Source: Anthoceros angustus (Eukaryota; Plantae; Anthocerotophyta). From it: a stretch of 64,000 nt of DNA. The DNA lies in assembly GCA_010909165.1 (NCBI GenBank), contig VJWM01000108.1, positions 1 to 64,000 of the forward strand. The letters are read 5' to 3'. This document shows positions 12,101 through 25,800 of this stretch, piece after piece. Numbering within the stretch: position 1 is the stretch's first letter; every line of letters starts with the position of its first letter. A model generated the notes under the pieces. The model was not told where the DNA came from, did not search any database, and worked only from the letters and a program-made list of their open reading frames with translations. Made by a program: the position numbers and the translations under genes.

Positions 12101-14459
12101 TGGGCGGCCACCTCCCGGCTAGCATAGTGGCGGGGATGTAGGCACCCTAGCATATATAGACACTTTCTTATTTTCTAAAATTACCAAAACCCAAGGACTC
12201 TATTTCCAACCTACCTATCAGGTCGAAAACCTAAGGTCAAAAAAAAGTAAATTATTATCCCAAGGGCCAAGGACCATTCTCGTATAAAGACCTTACCCAG
12301 GATTCTCAAAGCACTTTGCTATACAACACTCCCAAAACAAAAAATCGTTCATCCAGGCACTTCGGAGAGGGGTTAGTATGTGGTCTTCCACGATGCTGAG
12401 GCCAAACATTGTGGACAATGAGGGGCGAGAGACATATATGTACTTACCTTGTGCAATTGTGGGGGCATGGGTTCTTGTGGAAGAAGGTGGAGGAGTCTTA
12501 CGGCCGTTTGAAGTGGTCCCTCACGAGGGATGATGCAGTCCCTCTCCCTAAGAAGGTGAAGAGACGGAGGAGGGACCCAAGGTGGAGCAAGGGTGCTTCA
12601 CCTCGGTGGTGATCTTGGATGATGAGACCACCCGTCGGCGAAGGAAAGTGCACATGTCCGAGGAGCAGTGGCACAAAGGAAGGTGGCGTGCCACCATGTG
12701 TCTGAGCAACCCCATGGAGGCGGTGGTGGAACTAACCCACCCGGAGATGGTGAGTCACGGGAGTTCCACCCAATGTCGGCAGTCGGGAGTGGAGGCGCTC
12801 ACCAAGAGAAAGGGTCGACCCGGGAGGAATGAGAAGACAAAGGCTTTGAAGGATCTGACCATCATGCCTAATTGACACTCCATTAGTGAAGCGGGCCTTA
12901 CGAGGTAGAGTTGGAGGTGAGGCATCGTCGAGGCGGTGAGCGATTGCCCTCTGATCGGTGGGAGAAGGATAGCAAGGCTATCAAGGAGATGGCGTTAGCA
13001 AAGGCGCCTAGTTGACTGGAGAGAAGGTTGGGGCTCGGCAAGATTGAAGAGCAGTGAGACAAGAAAGTAGAGGCGAATGAAGGAAGTGGCTACCTCTCGC
13101 GGAAGATTGAGGAGGCGGCGATGTGGGAAGGAGTGGTGAACTCTCGACCCTTGAGTGAGAAGGAGAGAATAGGACTTGAAAAGGCATCGGGAGGCGTGCC
13201 CAAGCCAATGAAGGCTGAGGCCAAGCTCAAGGAGGCTGGAGGAAGGGCGAGCCACATGGAGCAAGGGCGTGAGGCTCATGAAGCAACGGAGGCGACCAGC
13301 GGTGGAAGGAAGAGGTAGCCGGAGGAAAATGATGCATGCATCTTTGGTCGTCGGGAAACGCTTCCGGCTGATGCATGGCGAGGGGATCTGGAGGCATGGA
13401 AGAGATGCGGAGAAAATGTCACTTCACGTTTGGTGAGGTGGCTTGAGAGGATGCTGCAGTAAGATAGCCTCGGTGGCACGAGGAATTTGATGGATTTGTT
13501 TGAAGGGCCGGAGATGCAGGTCCACTTACATGCTAGGTCAACAAGTTGCCAAGGAGATCGTTCCTTGTTGACAAGGAAGTTGTTGGGTCCCCACGATGAC
13601 GACGGAGATTTTGGAGAATTGCGACCCTCGGAGATTCGGGACTTGGAGTGAAATGGATGCGAAGGCTCAATGTGGGAGGAGCCAATGGAAGAGGAAGAGA
13701 TTTCAGCGGTAGGTGGTTGGTGGGGTGTCTGGCGGGCAACCAACAACCGCCTTGAAAATTGCGGTAGTGGCAGTCTGGATGGCTACGGAGGCCGGTGCCT
13801 CTACAAGGCGCTGCAAGAGGGGCGTTCGTCATCAGCAGTCGGCATCCGAGACGGTGTGGAGGTTCTGTCAGTGAGTGAAGATCGGGACGGAGGCAGTCCC
13901 CAGCAAGAGGAGGAAGGCGGTGGTTGGGCACAGCCATGCCTGCGAAAGTAGAGATAGTTGGTAGGGGAGTGAATGGGTCATTAAGACCCCTAGGGGTTAG
14001 TGGGATTGTTAGGAGGTAGGTTAAGAACCTTTTGAGGCCACCTACTTAAAACCGTAAGCAACCCCTACCCCACGGACTTAATTAATGCTAGGGTTTGGGG
14101 AGCTCCTATAAGAGGAGGAGCTCCCATAATAAAATGTCATGCCTTGCTCTCGACACATGTTTTGCTACAGCGTGCGTCCGGCCGTGTGAGGTGCATGGTG
14201 TATAGGGTCTTGAGGTGTCACGGTGACGAGTGAGGCGGGGCCCAAACCTTTCTTCTGGAGGTAGTGGGTAGCGTTCGGCGGTGAGGGGCGGCATTGTGGT
14301 TGCGGTGGCAGTGCAGCGGTAGTGAAGGAAGACCCCTAGCAAAATCCGGGCAGGACGTCTCCTGCGGCCAAATGTCGCCTAGGTCCGTGAGGGCATGCCC
14401 TATGATCTGAGGCGATTCTTTGGGAGGCCGGGAGGCGCCCGGTGATAGTTAGCTAGGAA

Positions 14460-14645
14460 GAGTGGAAGAGGTAGATTAGAAGAGGAGAAGAGAAGAGAGA
14501 GAAGAGAGAAGAGAGAAGGCGAGAGAGAGGCGAGAGAGGGGAGAGAGGAGCTAGAGGATAGGGAGCAAGAGAGGAGAAGGAAGGAGCAAGAGAGAAGAGA
14601 AAAGACAAAAGAGAGGAGGAGGAAGAAACCTAGAAAAGAGGAAGG
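14460..14645. repeat. GA-rich low-complexity tract
   Basis: Runs of gagagaa/gagagaggc; almost purely purine on the plus strand. Confidence 0.8.
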
Positions 14646-14689
14646 TGAAATTTCAAGAGAGTGACAAGAGCTTGAGGCAGCCCCAAATT

Positions 14690-15186
14690 TGTCACGAGAA
14701 GGGTCTTAGGGAGTGTAGGATTTGCTGGTGGGAGGATTGCCCTTGTGCGGTGATTTGGGGGTCCCCAAGGTGGCCTGCAGTTAGGCGGTGCCTCTCGCGG
14801 CGTGGAGTCCGCGCCGGCATCGCGGCGTGGGGTAGTGTGACTTATCTAGGTGGCGGTGGTAGGAGGGGCGCTTAGTCACCGAGCGCGCCTGAGGTCGAGG
14901 GTCGAGAGGGTCGGAGGGCACCTCCATCCGTGGGGAAGGCTCCCCACTCCTTCGTGGGAACGAAACCTCTTGTCTGAACCCGAATGGGATAAGTGTGGCC
15001 TGCTGGTGAGGGTTCCGGGGGTCCTGGGAACCTCCCACCACAAGTAGTGATTTGGAGTTGGCATAGGGTTGATGGTGACGCAACGGCCCCCCTGCCAAAA
15101 CGTGAAAGTACCCACGCCGAAGGCGTTATTTGCCAGATGCACCTTGGTTCGGGCTGTTATGGCGGCTATTGTCCAGATCTGTCACA
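14690..15186. repeat. Possible LTR (about 500 bp) of another element
   Basis: Bounded by TGTCAC...GTCACA (TG...CA) at a compositional boundary; no second copy, clear PBS or TSD in the window. Confidence 0.25.
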
Positions 15187-17069
15187 TGTACGAACTCATT
15201 TACGTGCAGTCAGTCTGTAAGGAGGGAAAAAGGATGGTGTAATGCTTGATGTCGATAGTGCTGAGTGCAGCATGCACCCAAAGAAACGGATAGGGAGGAA
15301 CGCGATGAGCACTACCGCAGGATTTCAACAATCAAGCTGGGCAGGGCGTGGAAATTTGCAGGTCGTGGCTTTTCGAATCGCGCCCAGGACAACAGATGGC
15401 GTGTGGGGAGTATGTGCAACCAAGGGCGGCTCTAACCATGAATGTTCTGACTTAGTCTGCAGGGGCGTGTTGTGTGCTGCAGGGGCAGGGCAGGGCGTGT
15501 TGTGTCTTTGGATGAGCGCCTGGAAGAGAAACCAGCGAAGACAAGGTGGAGAAGGGGTTAAGGTGGATCGTGACGTCGGGATTGGGGTCAAAACATGGCC
15601 CTGATCGGGTTCCAGCAGAGGGATTTGCCTTGCCCAGAGCAGACCACTCATATAATTGGGGAGACGGACAATGCCGTACGTCACATATGGCAGCGGCACC
15701 ACAAATTGTCATTCACCGCCTCCCACGGAGGGCTCAATTGTGAGGCATCTCTCTCATTTGGGACTACTACCTCTTCTTGAGCAACACAACAATCATTTTT
15801 CTCCTGGTTTGTGTGGTATCTTGTAGGGATTTCTCGTCTAATCAGACATGGTCCATGAGTGGGTGGAGATCGGAGGAGGGCTCCTGTGCCTTGACCCGCA
15901 TGGACCGCAATCATCGAGGTGCACCCGACCCTCCTCAGCCTGATTCTCCACCCATGATAGGCAATCTTGCTCCGGGTTGGGGAGGCGAAAAAATCAATTG
16001 AGCACGGCGTTGAGTACACACCATCTTATGCGCAGTTTTAATTTCTGTGTCACTATGAAGTCGTGGAGAAGCTTAGTATTTTTGAGGCTGCAATATCTGA
16101 TATCTAGTTTGGGGCATGTGTAGAGTGCGATGCTTGATTCCCCCTTGCTTGAATGCAGAGGAGCATCGATACAGCGAGAAAGGCTAGAGGAAGTAAGGGT
16201 GACGACATGCTGCACTTACACATGCATTCTTAGAACTTGAGGCGTAATTTAAAAAGTTTACTCTGCCATCCATGTCAACATCTTTGACAAGTGGGATGTC
16301 AATGACGGGGACATGATACACCCTGTTGCCGCTTGGAAGGAGGTAACCAAAGTCGACGCAAAGCGTGATGGGAGGAAGGAGGCGGGGCCGCATGAAGAGG
16401 TCGAAGAGGCGAGCCACCATTTACTTTCTCGGTGCGTAGAACTGGTGTGCGTGGATTAGTGCGGGCGTGTCTTTGTTTCTGTAATCACGATTTCATGTAA
16501 TTATTAATTATAGTACCCTAAACAAATATTATAGTTTAATCAATGCATAAATGAGCTTGTAGAAACCCGTTCAAATTTCAAATCCGGTTGAAAGCATCGT
16601 CAGACACATTCAATCAGTACAGTCTTGAAGCATGAAGGGCATGGTTTTCGCGGTGTAAAGCCAACTAGGGTATTGTCAGAACACCAATCAGAAATGACTG
16701 TGCAGTCACCAATGAACATCCACCATTTTCTGATCTATTTCACCAATCAAGGCCCATCATGGAGTGTGTTTGCGCGCAATGAGCGACCGCGACATCATGT
16801 TGTTGGACGGTCACCGGAGCGATCAAATACGCTCTTACCAAGAAGCGGCTTTTTGAATTCAACGCCGGTAGCGGAAGAGGCGTGCAGCGGTGACGGGATT
16901 CTATGACGGGCGGGCGGGGCCGGTGCCCGTCACCGAACACTTCAGGCCTGCAGCAGGCCACGGTTACTGGGGACCCGTCCGCTGGCCGCCCATCCCATAC
17001 CCGGCGCCAAACTGCCGGATGACTTGCCCACCACCCGGCCACTGGGCATTCCATGGCAACCGGTAAGGT

Positions 17070-17215
17070 TGCCACGTTAAAAAGTAAGGAATATCAAGTT
17101 CATTATAATGTATTTTATAACGCTTTGGCTAAAAGGACCACACGTGATTCCAAGCCACTATGCGTCATTGTTACATTATATTTTGCGTTAAAAAGCCATA
17201 TGTTTTGTAGTAGTG
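17070..17215 (-). mobile_element. CACTA (En/Spm) terminus with subterminal repeats
   Basis: ttttgtagtagtg at 17203-17215 is CACTACTACAAAA on the minus strand; short repeats cgttaaaaag / ttttataacg lie just inside. Confidence 0.6.
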
Positions 17216-17762
17216 GAACGCGGAGGTCCGTAGCCCAAGCATACCCGACGGTGACCCTCAACTGGCATATTGGATGTAAGTAAGAACGGTAGGCGAGACG
17301 AAGTAGGGGAGGGAGTAAGAGAAGGTTGGTAGGTTTCAGACGTAAACGGGTCCTTAAACGTTTGTCCATCCCGGGCCTGTACGGTGAACGAGTAGAGCAG
17401 TTAGAGGACGGAAAAGGAACGCGTTGCGGTAGGCGGCCTCAGGTAGGTCATCTTTCCTAATGACGGAGAGCGTGTTGAGTAACGGGCGTGTATAAAGGGA
17501 ACAAGTCATTCCCTTGGGAATGGACCCCATATTGCAACGACAAGAGATTGGTGCCTTGGTGTAGGCCCGAGCCGGTAGTGGTTGTAACACACCAAGGTTG
17601 GATGGTTTGGTCGAGAGGGAGCTATGGGCGCAGTTTGAGCCCGGGACATTTGAACACATGTGGGAAGCAACGCCTCCCTAATGGCGAGAAGTCGGCAGAG
17701 GAGAGTGCACACACACCTGCGGGTCCTCACAGTGCACACCTTGAAGATGTGCTGGGACTTGT

Positions 17763-18300
17763 GTGAAATTGCATGGGAGGGCCACGGTTTTGGCCGAGGC
17801 GAGACGGGTGTGTAGTGAGGATGCGACATGCCCTGGCAAAGTAGCTAGGGATGATATGTTTGGGAAGTTGACTGGCGGAGCAAGGCGTCTGTTTCAAAAA
17901 CGAGTCTCAGAGCTAGTGCACACACGTATGACTTTGCTGAAACCATGGTCGGAGCATTCACCGGAGCTGCGCACAGAACTCGTTGACATCATTCATGAGA
18001 GTTTTCCCGCAGTTACTAACCGAGATTTCATCAACAAGCAATTCTCCCAGCGGTCTCGGACCAAAAATTCATTGTGCCTAGCCAGGGTGAAGTTGGCTGC
18101 AGCGGATTTGCGGAGACGTGGTGATTACGAAAAACATTTGCGCCCAGGTAATGTGTCCAAAGAGGCGTGGGTGCGAAATGTTCTCAATTGTGTCGGTGCT
18201 TGATCGAACAGCGGTGAGTGGCCAAGGGCACAACAAATGAAGGCGGCGAGGCCGGGTGGCTAAGTATGAAGGTGCGGTGCAACCTATGGACGAGGGGCCA
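17763..18300 (+). pseudogene. CACTA TnpA-like (Transposase_24-type) relic
   Basis: KPWSEHSPELRTELVDIIHESF...RPGNVSKEAW...QMKAAR resembles the W..V....K..LW..I...F / P..V....W / S...K.NR pattern of En/Spm ORF2 proteins. Confidence 0.5.
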
Positions 18301-18825
18301 TGGACTTGGAAGTTTTACAAGTTCCACAAGATGCCCACACGTGTTGAAGAAGCGTGGGCAGTGGAGCATGGTATGGAAGACATTGAAGCTTTCCAGGCCT
18401 CTCTAGCGAAGGAAGGTGTGGAAGTAAGCAATCGAAGTTTCATGTTTAATGCAATCCGTTGGCTCGCCTATGTGCTCATGCATCAGAGTCTACTCATTGG
18501 ATTTGCAGATGCGCCTTCGGAGACAGTGGCTTCCCATTCGGATGACGCACTAGGTGCTGAGAGGGAGTTGGACACACGACAGACTCCATCTCCTCCACCA
18601 CCAGATCCTAACAAGCGGATCACACGGAGTGCGATGGGATTTCCCATCTCTTTGTTTTTGGGGTAGATGGGATTTCCCATCTCTTTGTACTACATAAAGT
18701 CTCCGTTTCCATTCTTCAAACAACATGTTTATAATACATACCATCGCTCCCTCTATGCTATATACTCACTTTCTAAGCGATTATAAAATATGCCTACTAC
18801 TTTCAAAAATCATTGGCTTAGGCAC

Positions 18826-19320
18826 CTTCGAGTGCGCTGCCGGGGATCTGGCGAGGCGGTAAGAGTTCCTTTCGTCGCTATTGGGGGCACTGGTCTGCTA
18901 GCCATGGAGGCCTTTGCACCGGCGCTTTTTTAGGGAGCTGGGCCCTCTTTACTCCCATCCTAGCCTCCTATTTCTTAATATGAAATTGACACACCTTGGA
19001 TGCTTTCGTCGCGGGTGTTGAGGTGGGAGTTTTCCCCATGCAAGCCTCCTTGAGGTAAGCCAGGGGATCTAAAGCGTTAGCGAACACGACGTACATGACA
19101 ACGACAAGTGTTGGGATGCGACATCTTCGTCCCCTGTGCTAGGTAGGCCTTTTCATATCCATGACTACGAAATTCTTTGAGCTGTAAGTAGTTTCGAGAT
19201 GAGTGATCGCGGGGGTTAGTCCCCCTTGGCATGGTGCTCTTGATTGGGTTGTCCCCTTTTTTTCTCGGTGTAGATGAGATCTCCATCTCTTTTTTTACAT
19301 TAAGTCTTCACTATTTTTCC
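18826..19320 (+). mobile_element. CRE-like (RLE) non-LTR retrotransposon fragment: post-RT piece plus 3' end
   Basis: GLLAMEAFAPAxFxGSWALFTPILASYFL (post-RT region); 19170-19320 aligns by eye to the 3' end of the element at 60730-61135. Confidence 0.6.
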
Positions 19321-22300
19321 TCTTTTACAAATAACAAATATATATTATGATCATCATTATCAAAATTAATAAAGTAAATTTTCTTTACATAGCTGCAAAA
19401 ATGTATTGTATCTAACCTCAGAAGATGTAAAAATAAAATTGATTACTCAACAAAAAAGTAAGTGTTATAACATATTCAACAATGCATTCTCATGGATGGA
19501 CGATATATTCTCATAGGTACCTACACCCTACTCTATGCGGCGAGTTAGCTCTGATCTCATTCGTTAAGCGGCTTCGTCTCACTCCTTCAGCAACATGTGT
19601 CGCAGTTTGATCTCACAAGTGGGCTCAGCAACTCTCATTATGTCGCAGCTTGATCTCACAAGTGGGCTCCTCACGAGTGTCACTACAATTTAAAGGAAGG
19701 ATCTACTTGTCCAACCACATTCAACACTACGGTGTCATTCAACAGTACATTTGCGTATAAAGCTCTGGACAGGAAGGGGCCCAAGGCTGTTGAAGGAAGA
19801 GAGACGCCTAGCAAAGCTGTTCAAGGAGATGCGTGCTTCTTTCACCCGGGGCTTAGCTGCTGACGTCTAACGTATACAGTGCAGAAGAAATGGAGCAAAG
19901 CCATAAACTGGAAGTTAATTTAATCACGGTAGGTGTCAGATCTCCTGCTGAGTCTTGCCTAAAGATTCACACGTCGACACTCAAATCTGGCTAGTGATGG
20001 TCATCCTTTCTATCTCGTCGGTCATCCCTTCTGTCATCCCTCCGCCTGTCCATGTACATTAGTTCAGCCTTGTAATGGTACTCCCCCCGGGACTCGCTCC
20101 TAGAAGGTGGTGACCTCGATCTATCCCGCATTTCTCTACCCCATCTGCCTCGAGGAGATGATGGACGCCTGTCACCTCTCGGCTCATAGTCTCCAACTCT
20201 TCTGTCTCGGAACCTGTCCCGATCTCTGTCTCTGTCCAATTGACTGCCTCCAAACACCCCTTTGTCGAAGCCAGGCCTGTCGAATCTATCATCCCGATCT
20301 CGGAAGTCATCCCGGTCTCGCATCTCATCTCTGTCTCTTGAATGGCGACCACCCCGGAAATCAGAGATCCTGTCAGACATGCGGCCGATAGGTCCAGCAT
20401 CCACGTGTCGTGGTGGACCTTGAGCCCAAACAGGGGGCGGTCCTCCAAAGCCACTCATAACCCTGCCCATACCCCGTCCGATTGGATTTCCCATAAAGGA
20501 ACATGAGGAGGGGACCACGCGAAAATTGCCAGGAGCAGCACCTACTCCTGCGATGCCAACAGTGGCCAAATCTGGCGAGACTTGTTACAGTTGTTACAGT
20601 GTGTACGCCTGGCAAAATTGAGATTACCACACCTGATATATTGGCAGAGACAATCATCAGCTTAGAAGAACTCCAACAAGAGATGAAAACCCAATGCCTG
20701 ATACATCCATACTCACGTTGGCTCAGGACAGATCCAATCACCCTCCCTAGGTGTAACATTTGGGTTGTTCCTTCCAAAAGTTTCGCCACCATGTGGAATG
20801 TCTCCTGGCCCACCAAACCCCTCATCCACGTCCCGAGGAAATGGCATGAACCCTCGTCCCATGCCAGACATGGATTGTGAAGGGTGAGGAAAGCGATCAC
20901 TATGTCTCCCTAGCCTCCTATTTCTTAATATAAAATTGACACACCTTGGATGCTTTCGTCGCGGGTGTTGAGGTGGGAGTTTTCCCATGCAAGCCTCCTT
21001 GAGGTAAGCCGGGGATCTAAGCGTTAGCGAACACGGCGTACATGACAACGACAAGTGTTGGGATCGACATCTTAGTCCCACATGCTAGGTAGGCCTTTTC
21101 ATATCCATGACTACGAAATTCTTTGAGCTGTAAGTAGTTTCGAGATGAGTGATCGCGGGGGTTAGTCCCCCTTGGCATGGTGCTCTTGATTGGGTTGTCC
21201 CCTTTTTTTCTCGGTGTAGATGAGATCTCCATCTCTTTTTTTACATTAAGTCTTCACTATTTTTCCTCTTTTACAAATAACAAATATATATTATGATCAT
21301 CATTATCAAAATTAATAAAGTAAATTTTCTTTACATAGCTGCAAAAATGTATTGTATCTAACCTCAGAAGATGTAAAAATAAAATTGATTACTCAACAAA
21401 AAAGTAAGTGTTATAACATATTCAACAATGCATTCTCATGGATGGACGATATATTCTCATAGGTACCTACACCTACTCTATGCGGCGAGTTAGCTCTGAT
21501 CTCATTCGTTAAGCGGCTTCGTCTCACTCCTTCAGCAACATGTGTCGCAGTTTGATCTCACAAGTGGGCTCAGCAACTCTCATTATGTCGCAGCTTGATC
21601 TCACAAGTGGGCTCCTCACGAGTGTCACTACAATTTAAAGGAAGGATCTACTTGTCCAACCACATTCAACACTACGGTGTCATTCAACAGTACATTTGCG
21701 TATAAAGCTCTGGACAGGAAGGGGCCCAAGGCTGTTGAAGGAAGAGAGACGCCTAGCAAAGCTGTTCAAGGGAGATGCGTGCTTCTTTCACCCGGGGCTT
21801 AGCTGCTGACGTCTAACGTATACAGTGCAGAAGAAATGGAGCAAAGCCATAAACTGGAAGTTAATTTAATCACGGTAGGTGTCAGATCTCCTGCTGAGTC
21901 TTGCCTAAAGATTCACACGTCGACACTCAAATCTGGCTAGTGATGGTCATCCTTTCTATCTCGTCGGTCATCCCTTCTGTCATCCCTCCGCCTGTCCATG
22001 TACATTAGTTCAGCCTTGTAATGGTACTCCCCGGGACTCGCTCCTAGAAGGTGGTGACCTCGATCTATCGCATTTCTCTACCCCATCTGCCTCGAGGAGA
22101 TGATGGACGCCTGTCACCTCTCGGCTCATAGTCTCCAACTCTTCTGTCTCGGAACCTGTCCCGATCTCTGTCTCTGTCAATTGACTGCCTCCAAACACCT
22201 TTGTGAAGCCAGGCCTGTCGAGATCTATCATCCCGATCTGGAAGTCATCCCGGTCTCGCATCTCATCTCTGTCTCTTGAATGGCGACCACCCCGGAAATC

Positions 22301-22850
22301 AGAGATCCTGTCAGACATGCGGCCGATAGGTCCAGCATCCACGTGTCGTGGTGGACCTTGAGCCCAAACAGGGGGCGGTCCTCCAAAGCCACTCATAACC
22401 CTGCCCATACCCCGTCCGATTGGATTTCCCATAAAAGGAACATGAGGAGGGGGACCACGGAAATTGCCAGGAGCAGCACCTACTCCTGCGATGCCAACAG
22501 TGGCCAAATCTCGGCGAGACTTGTTACAGTTGTTACAGTGTGTACGCCTGGCAAAATTGAGATTACCACACCTGATATATTGGCAAGAGACAATCATCAG
22601 CTTAGAAGAACTCCAACAAGAGATGAAAACCCAATGCCTGATACATCCATACTCACGTTGGCTCAGGACAGATCCAATCACCCTCCCTAGGTGTAACATT
22701 TGGGTTGTTCCTTCCAAAAGTTTCGCCACCATGTGGAATGTCTCCTGGCCCACCAAACCCCTCATCCACGTCCCGAGGAAATGGCATGAACCCTCGTCCC
22801 ATGCCAGACATGGATTGTGAAGGGTGAGGAAAGCGATCACTATGTCTCCC
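18961..22850. repeat. Tandem duplication, about 1.95 kb unit (18961-20910 / 20911-22850)
   Basis: Near-identical copies covering the CRE fragment, 3' UTR and last 1.5 exons of the FET-like gene. Confidence 0.95.
19991..20910 (-). pseudogene. Duplicated 3' part of the FET-like gene (end of exon 4, intron, exon 5)
   Basis: GRNNPNVTPREGDWICPEPT / [18 protein letters not shown]...DHH*; 5'-truncated at the duplication junction. Confidence 0.85.
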
Positions 22851-25800
22851 TCGCCCTCTTCCCCTGTAGCCACCACCAGCACCAGCACCAGTTCTTAATT
22901 GGGGTGGACCATCATGGTCATTATTACTAACATATGAAGCTGTCCTCCTGTCATGGCTTGAGCCAGGGGCTGGATGCCCAATCGAAACCTGAATCTTGCT
23001 CCCTTTGAAATCATAGCCTGCAGTGCAGGTAGAAAAAGTTGATGTCACGGATTAGGTCAGTCTATCCCAAACTATCCCTCACAGCATGCAAGAGAAGTAG
23101 CCTAGTAGACCAGACGACTTGGCATGAACATACCATTGTACCAATTCACTAGGCCTGGTGCAGCTCGGGGGTCATCAAGTACCACTTCGGCTTCCCTTAC
23201 ACCAGTTACTTTGTCCCTGTAAAGTCTCACCATTGGTGCACCCGTTTTGCTGTTCACCTGCCAAGAAGGAACAGTTGATATTACAACAGCCAATGGTAGC
23301 CGGCTCAAGGATAGGCCTGGCCTTCAACCTGACCCAGAGCAGAAGGATAGGGGCGAAACTTCAGAGGAAAAAAAAAGGAGACTTCCACAGTCTGCAACAT
23401 TTACCACCAGCTCACCTTGATGGCCCCCGTGTCATTCAGCAAGGCCACCAGACTCTCCTCATTCGCAACTTCCGGAAGATTTGAGATGAATAGGGTATCA
23501 GCTCCAGTGGGACCATTCACGCCTGAAACCATCAGGGAAACATGCTTGGCTTAGAAAAGTTTAAAAGGAAGGATGTCCCCCATAGCTTAGCAAAGTGTCC
23601 CACCACCAGTGTGCTACCGACACTACCAGAAATAGTGACATAATGGAACCTTGAACAATCTCGGAGCGAAATAATGTCGTCACCCATTGAAAGGTCCAGG
23701 AAGGGAGGGAGGAAGCAAGTGAGTCACACTGAACCGGAAGAGAGAAACTATTCTGCACGACTTGCGCAGACTGCAACAACCCTGTAACATATGAAGACTG
23801 GACGTGATGTGTAGCACTAGACACTTGGAACACACACTAATGTTCACACCACCTAGATCTGTGAATGTCTGTCCCTGAGAATGAAAGAGGAGATAACAAA
23901 CTAACCCACCTGAGCACTGTCATGACATAACCACTCAGCTCGTCGCAGGCCACAAAGCTATCCTGTGTCACCAGTTCTTCACCCCATTTCCTTTGTTTTA
24001 CTTTTAAGCAATTGCAAAATTTACCCCAAGTGTGCCTTCTCACACCCCCCTAGCGTGACCAGGATCCTATTGTCGGCCATGAACTTAGAATTTAACCAGT
24101 TTCCTTGGAATGAGTAAGATTGTCATGAATATCCACAGAAATCTTGCAACAGCCAGTTCCCTTCCTCCTACATGAACTGTCAAAGCCAAGCACAAGCCCC
24201 CATCCATTCCATTCCTTTCCTATCCCAGGGTTTTCACGTGACCACAAAATCCTTAAGAGGGGCCTAAAACCGTGTTGCATATCCAAGACTTGTACAAAGC
24301 AGCACAAAGTGATCCTGCATATTTCTACCCCCTAACACAAAGAAGCTCCACAGCTTCCCCATAAACCTTTTGGAACCTCTCCACTGTGCAATAACAAGCT
24401 GATGAGATGATTTCTCTTAAACCTTCCTCGTACGTTGCAAATTAACCCTTAAACGCAACGCCCCAGAAGACTTGAGGCTGGCAAAAGCAAAAGTAGAAGA
24501 AGGGTGCGTTGCATGGAAGAGACTGCAATGACTACACTGGATCCAGGCGGACAACCCTCTAACAACTGGCCACACACATTGCGGTGTGTTCACACAATTT
24601 CAAAAACCCCAGCCCCCGCTTGGCATTTAAAAGCTAAGGTAGAAAACCCCGTTTGGGCTGCTGCGGCAGCAGCAGCAGCATCATCACCATCACCACCACC
24701 ACCATCAACACAGCGACCGACCAGCAGCCTCTCCAAATTCCAGTCCAGTCTAGTTCCCAGTGACGGGCCTTTTCCGCCAGCGAAATGCCCCCACCACGCC
24801 CTACCAAGCATAGCATTCCTAACCCGTGCGGCCACCACAAAGCCCCACTGCCTCTTTCCGCGTATCGCAAGAAGAAGAACTAGCGAGCTCATCATACATA
24901 GATGCCATATATCTTGGTGCGGTTCCTGCAAAGGGTTAGCCAGCCCCTTCCAGATGCATGTCCCCCTAGTCTGCGGCGGCCGCCCAAAGGTGTGCAGCTG
25001 GGGCCACCAACACTTACCGGAAACAACAGGCGCAAAGTCAGATGGCCTGAACATACCCTTCACCATGATTCCTGGCAGCAGCAGCAGCAAGACGACGGCT
25101 TCAAGTGCCCACCGGGTGCTACTACCCTGGCACCAGGCACCGGGCACCGGCACTGGCAGAGGCGGCGCTGTGCCGTGCCGTGCCTCCGGAAACCAGCCAG
25201 GGGCAGGGGCGGTAGCACGAATGCGGAGGTGGGCAGGGTAGCAGCAGCAGCAGCGGCAAAGAAAGGAGGTTTCCGGCAAAGAAGGGAGCGGTGGCGGATG
25301 GATGAATGGTTGGCAAACCTGCTGCGTCGGAAAATCTGCTCTCGCGAGCGAGGTGGTGGTCCCGATCACCCCGGCCCCCCTCGGGGTGGTGCTGGTCATA
25401 AGCAGACGAGTCCTTGCGGAAGGAGGATGCGATGCTGCTCCCGATCTCGCCCCCGCCCGCTCCGGTCCCGGTCCCGGAACCGGGTTCTCCCGGGCCGGAC
25501 CCGGCCCCGGCCCCGGGCCCGGCCTCCGTTTCTCCCTCCGCTGCGGTTGCCGCCCCTGCGGCCGACCCCTGGATCACGGTGCTGCGCGGTCGCTGCCCGC
25601 CGTGCCCGTTCTGCTGCTGCTGTTGCTGATGCTGGACCTCATGCTGCTGCTGTTGCTGCTCATAGGGCTCCCCCCGGTCCCCGGTGCGGTCGCGGAGCTG
25701 CTCCCCGCGGTCGCGGCCTCCTCCTCCTCCTCCTCCACCCCGGTGCTGCTGCAAATCCCGATCTCGGTCCCGGTCCCGATCCCGGTCCCGGTCCCGTGCT

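Noticed and set aside
17054-17074. Hairpin as a Helitron 3' end
   Set aside because: No CTRR terminus at the expected distance on either strand; better explained as CACTA subterminal sequence.
19681-19688. CACTACAA as a CACTA terminus (also in the duplicate copy)
   Set aside because: It lies in the FET 3' flank with no subterminal repeats or partner end.
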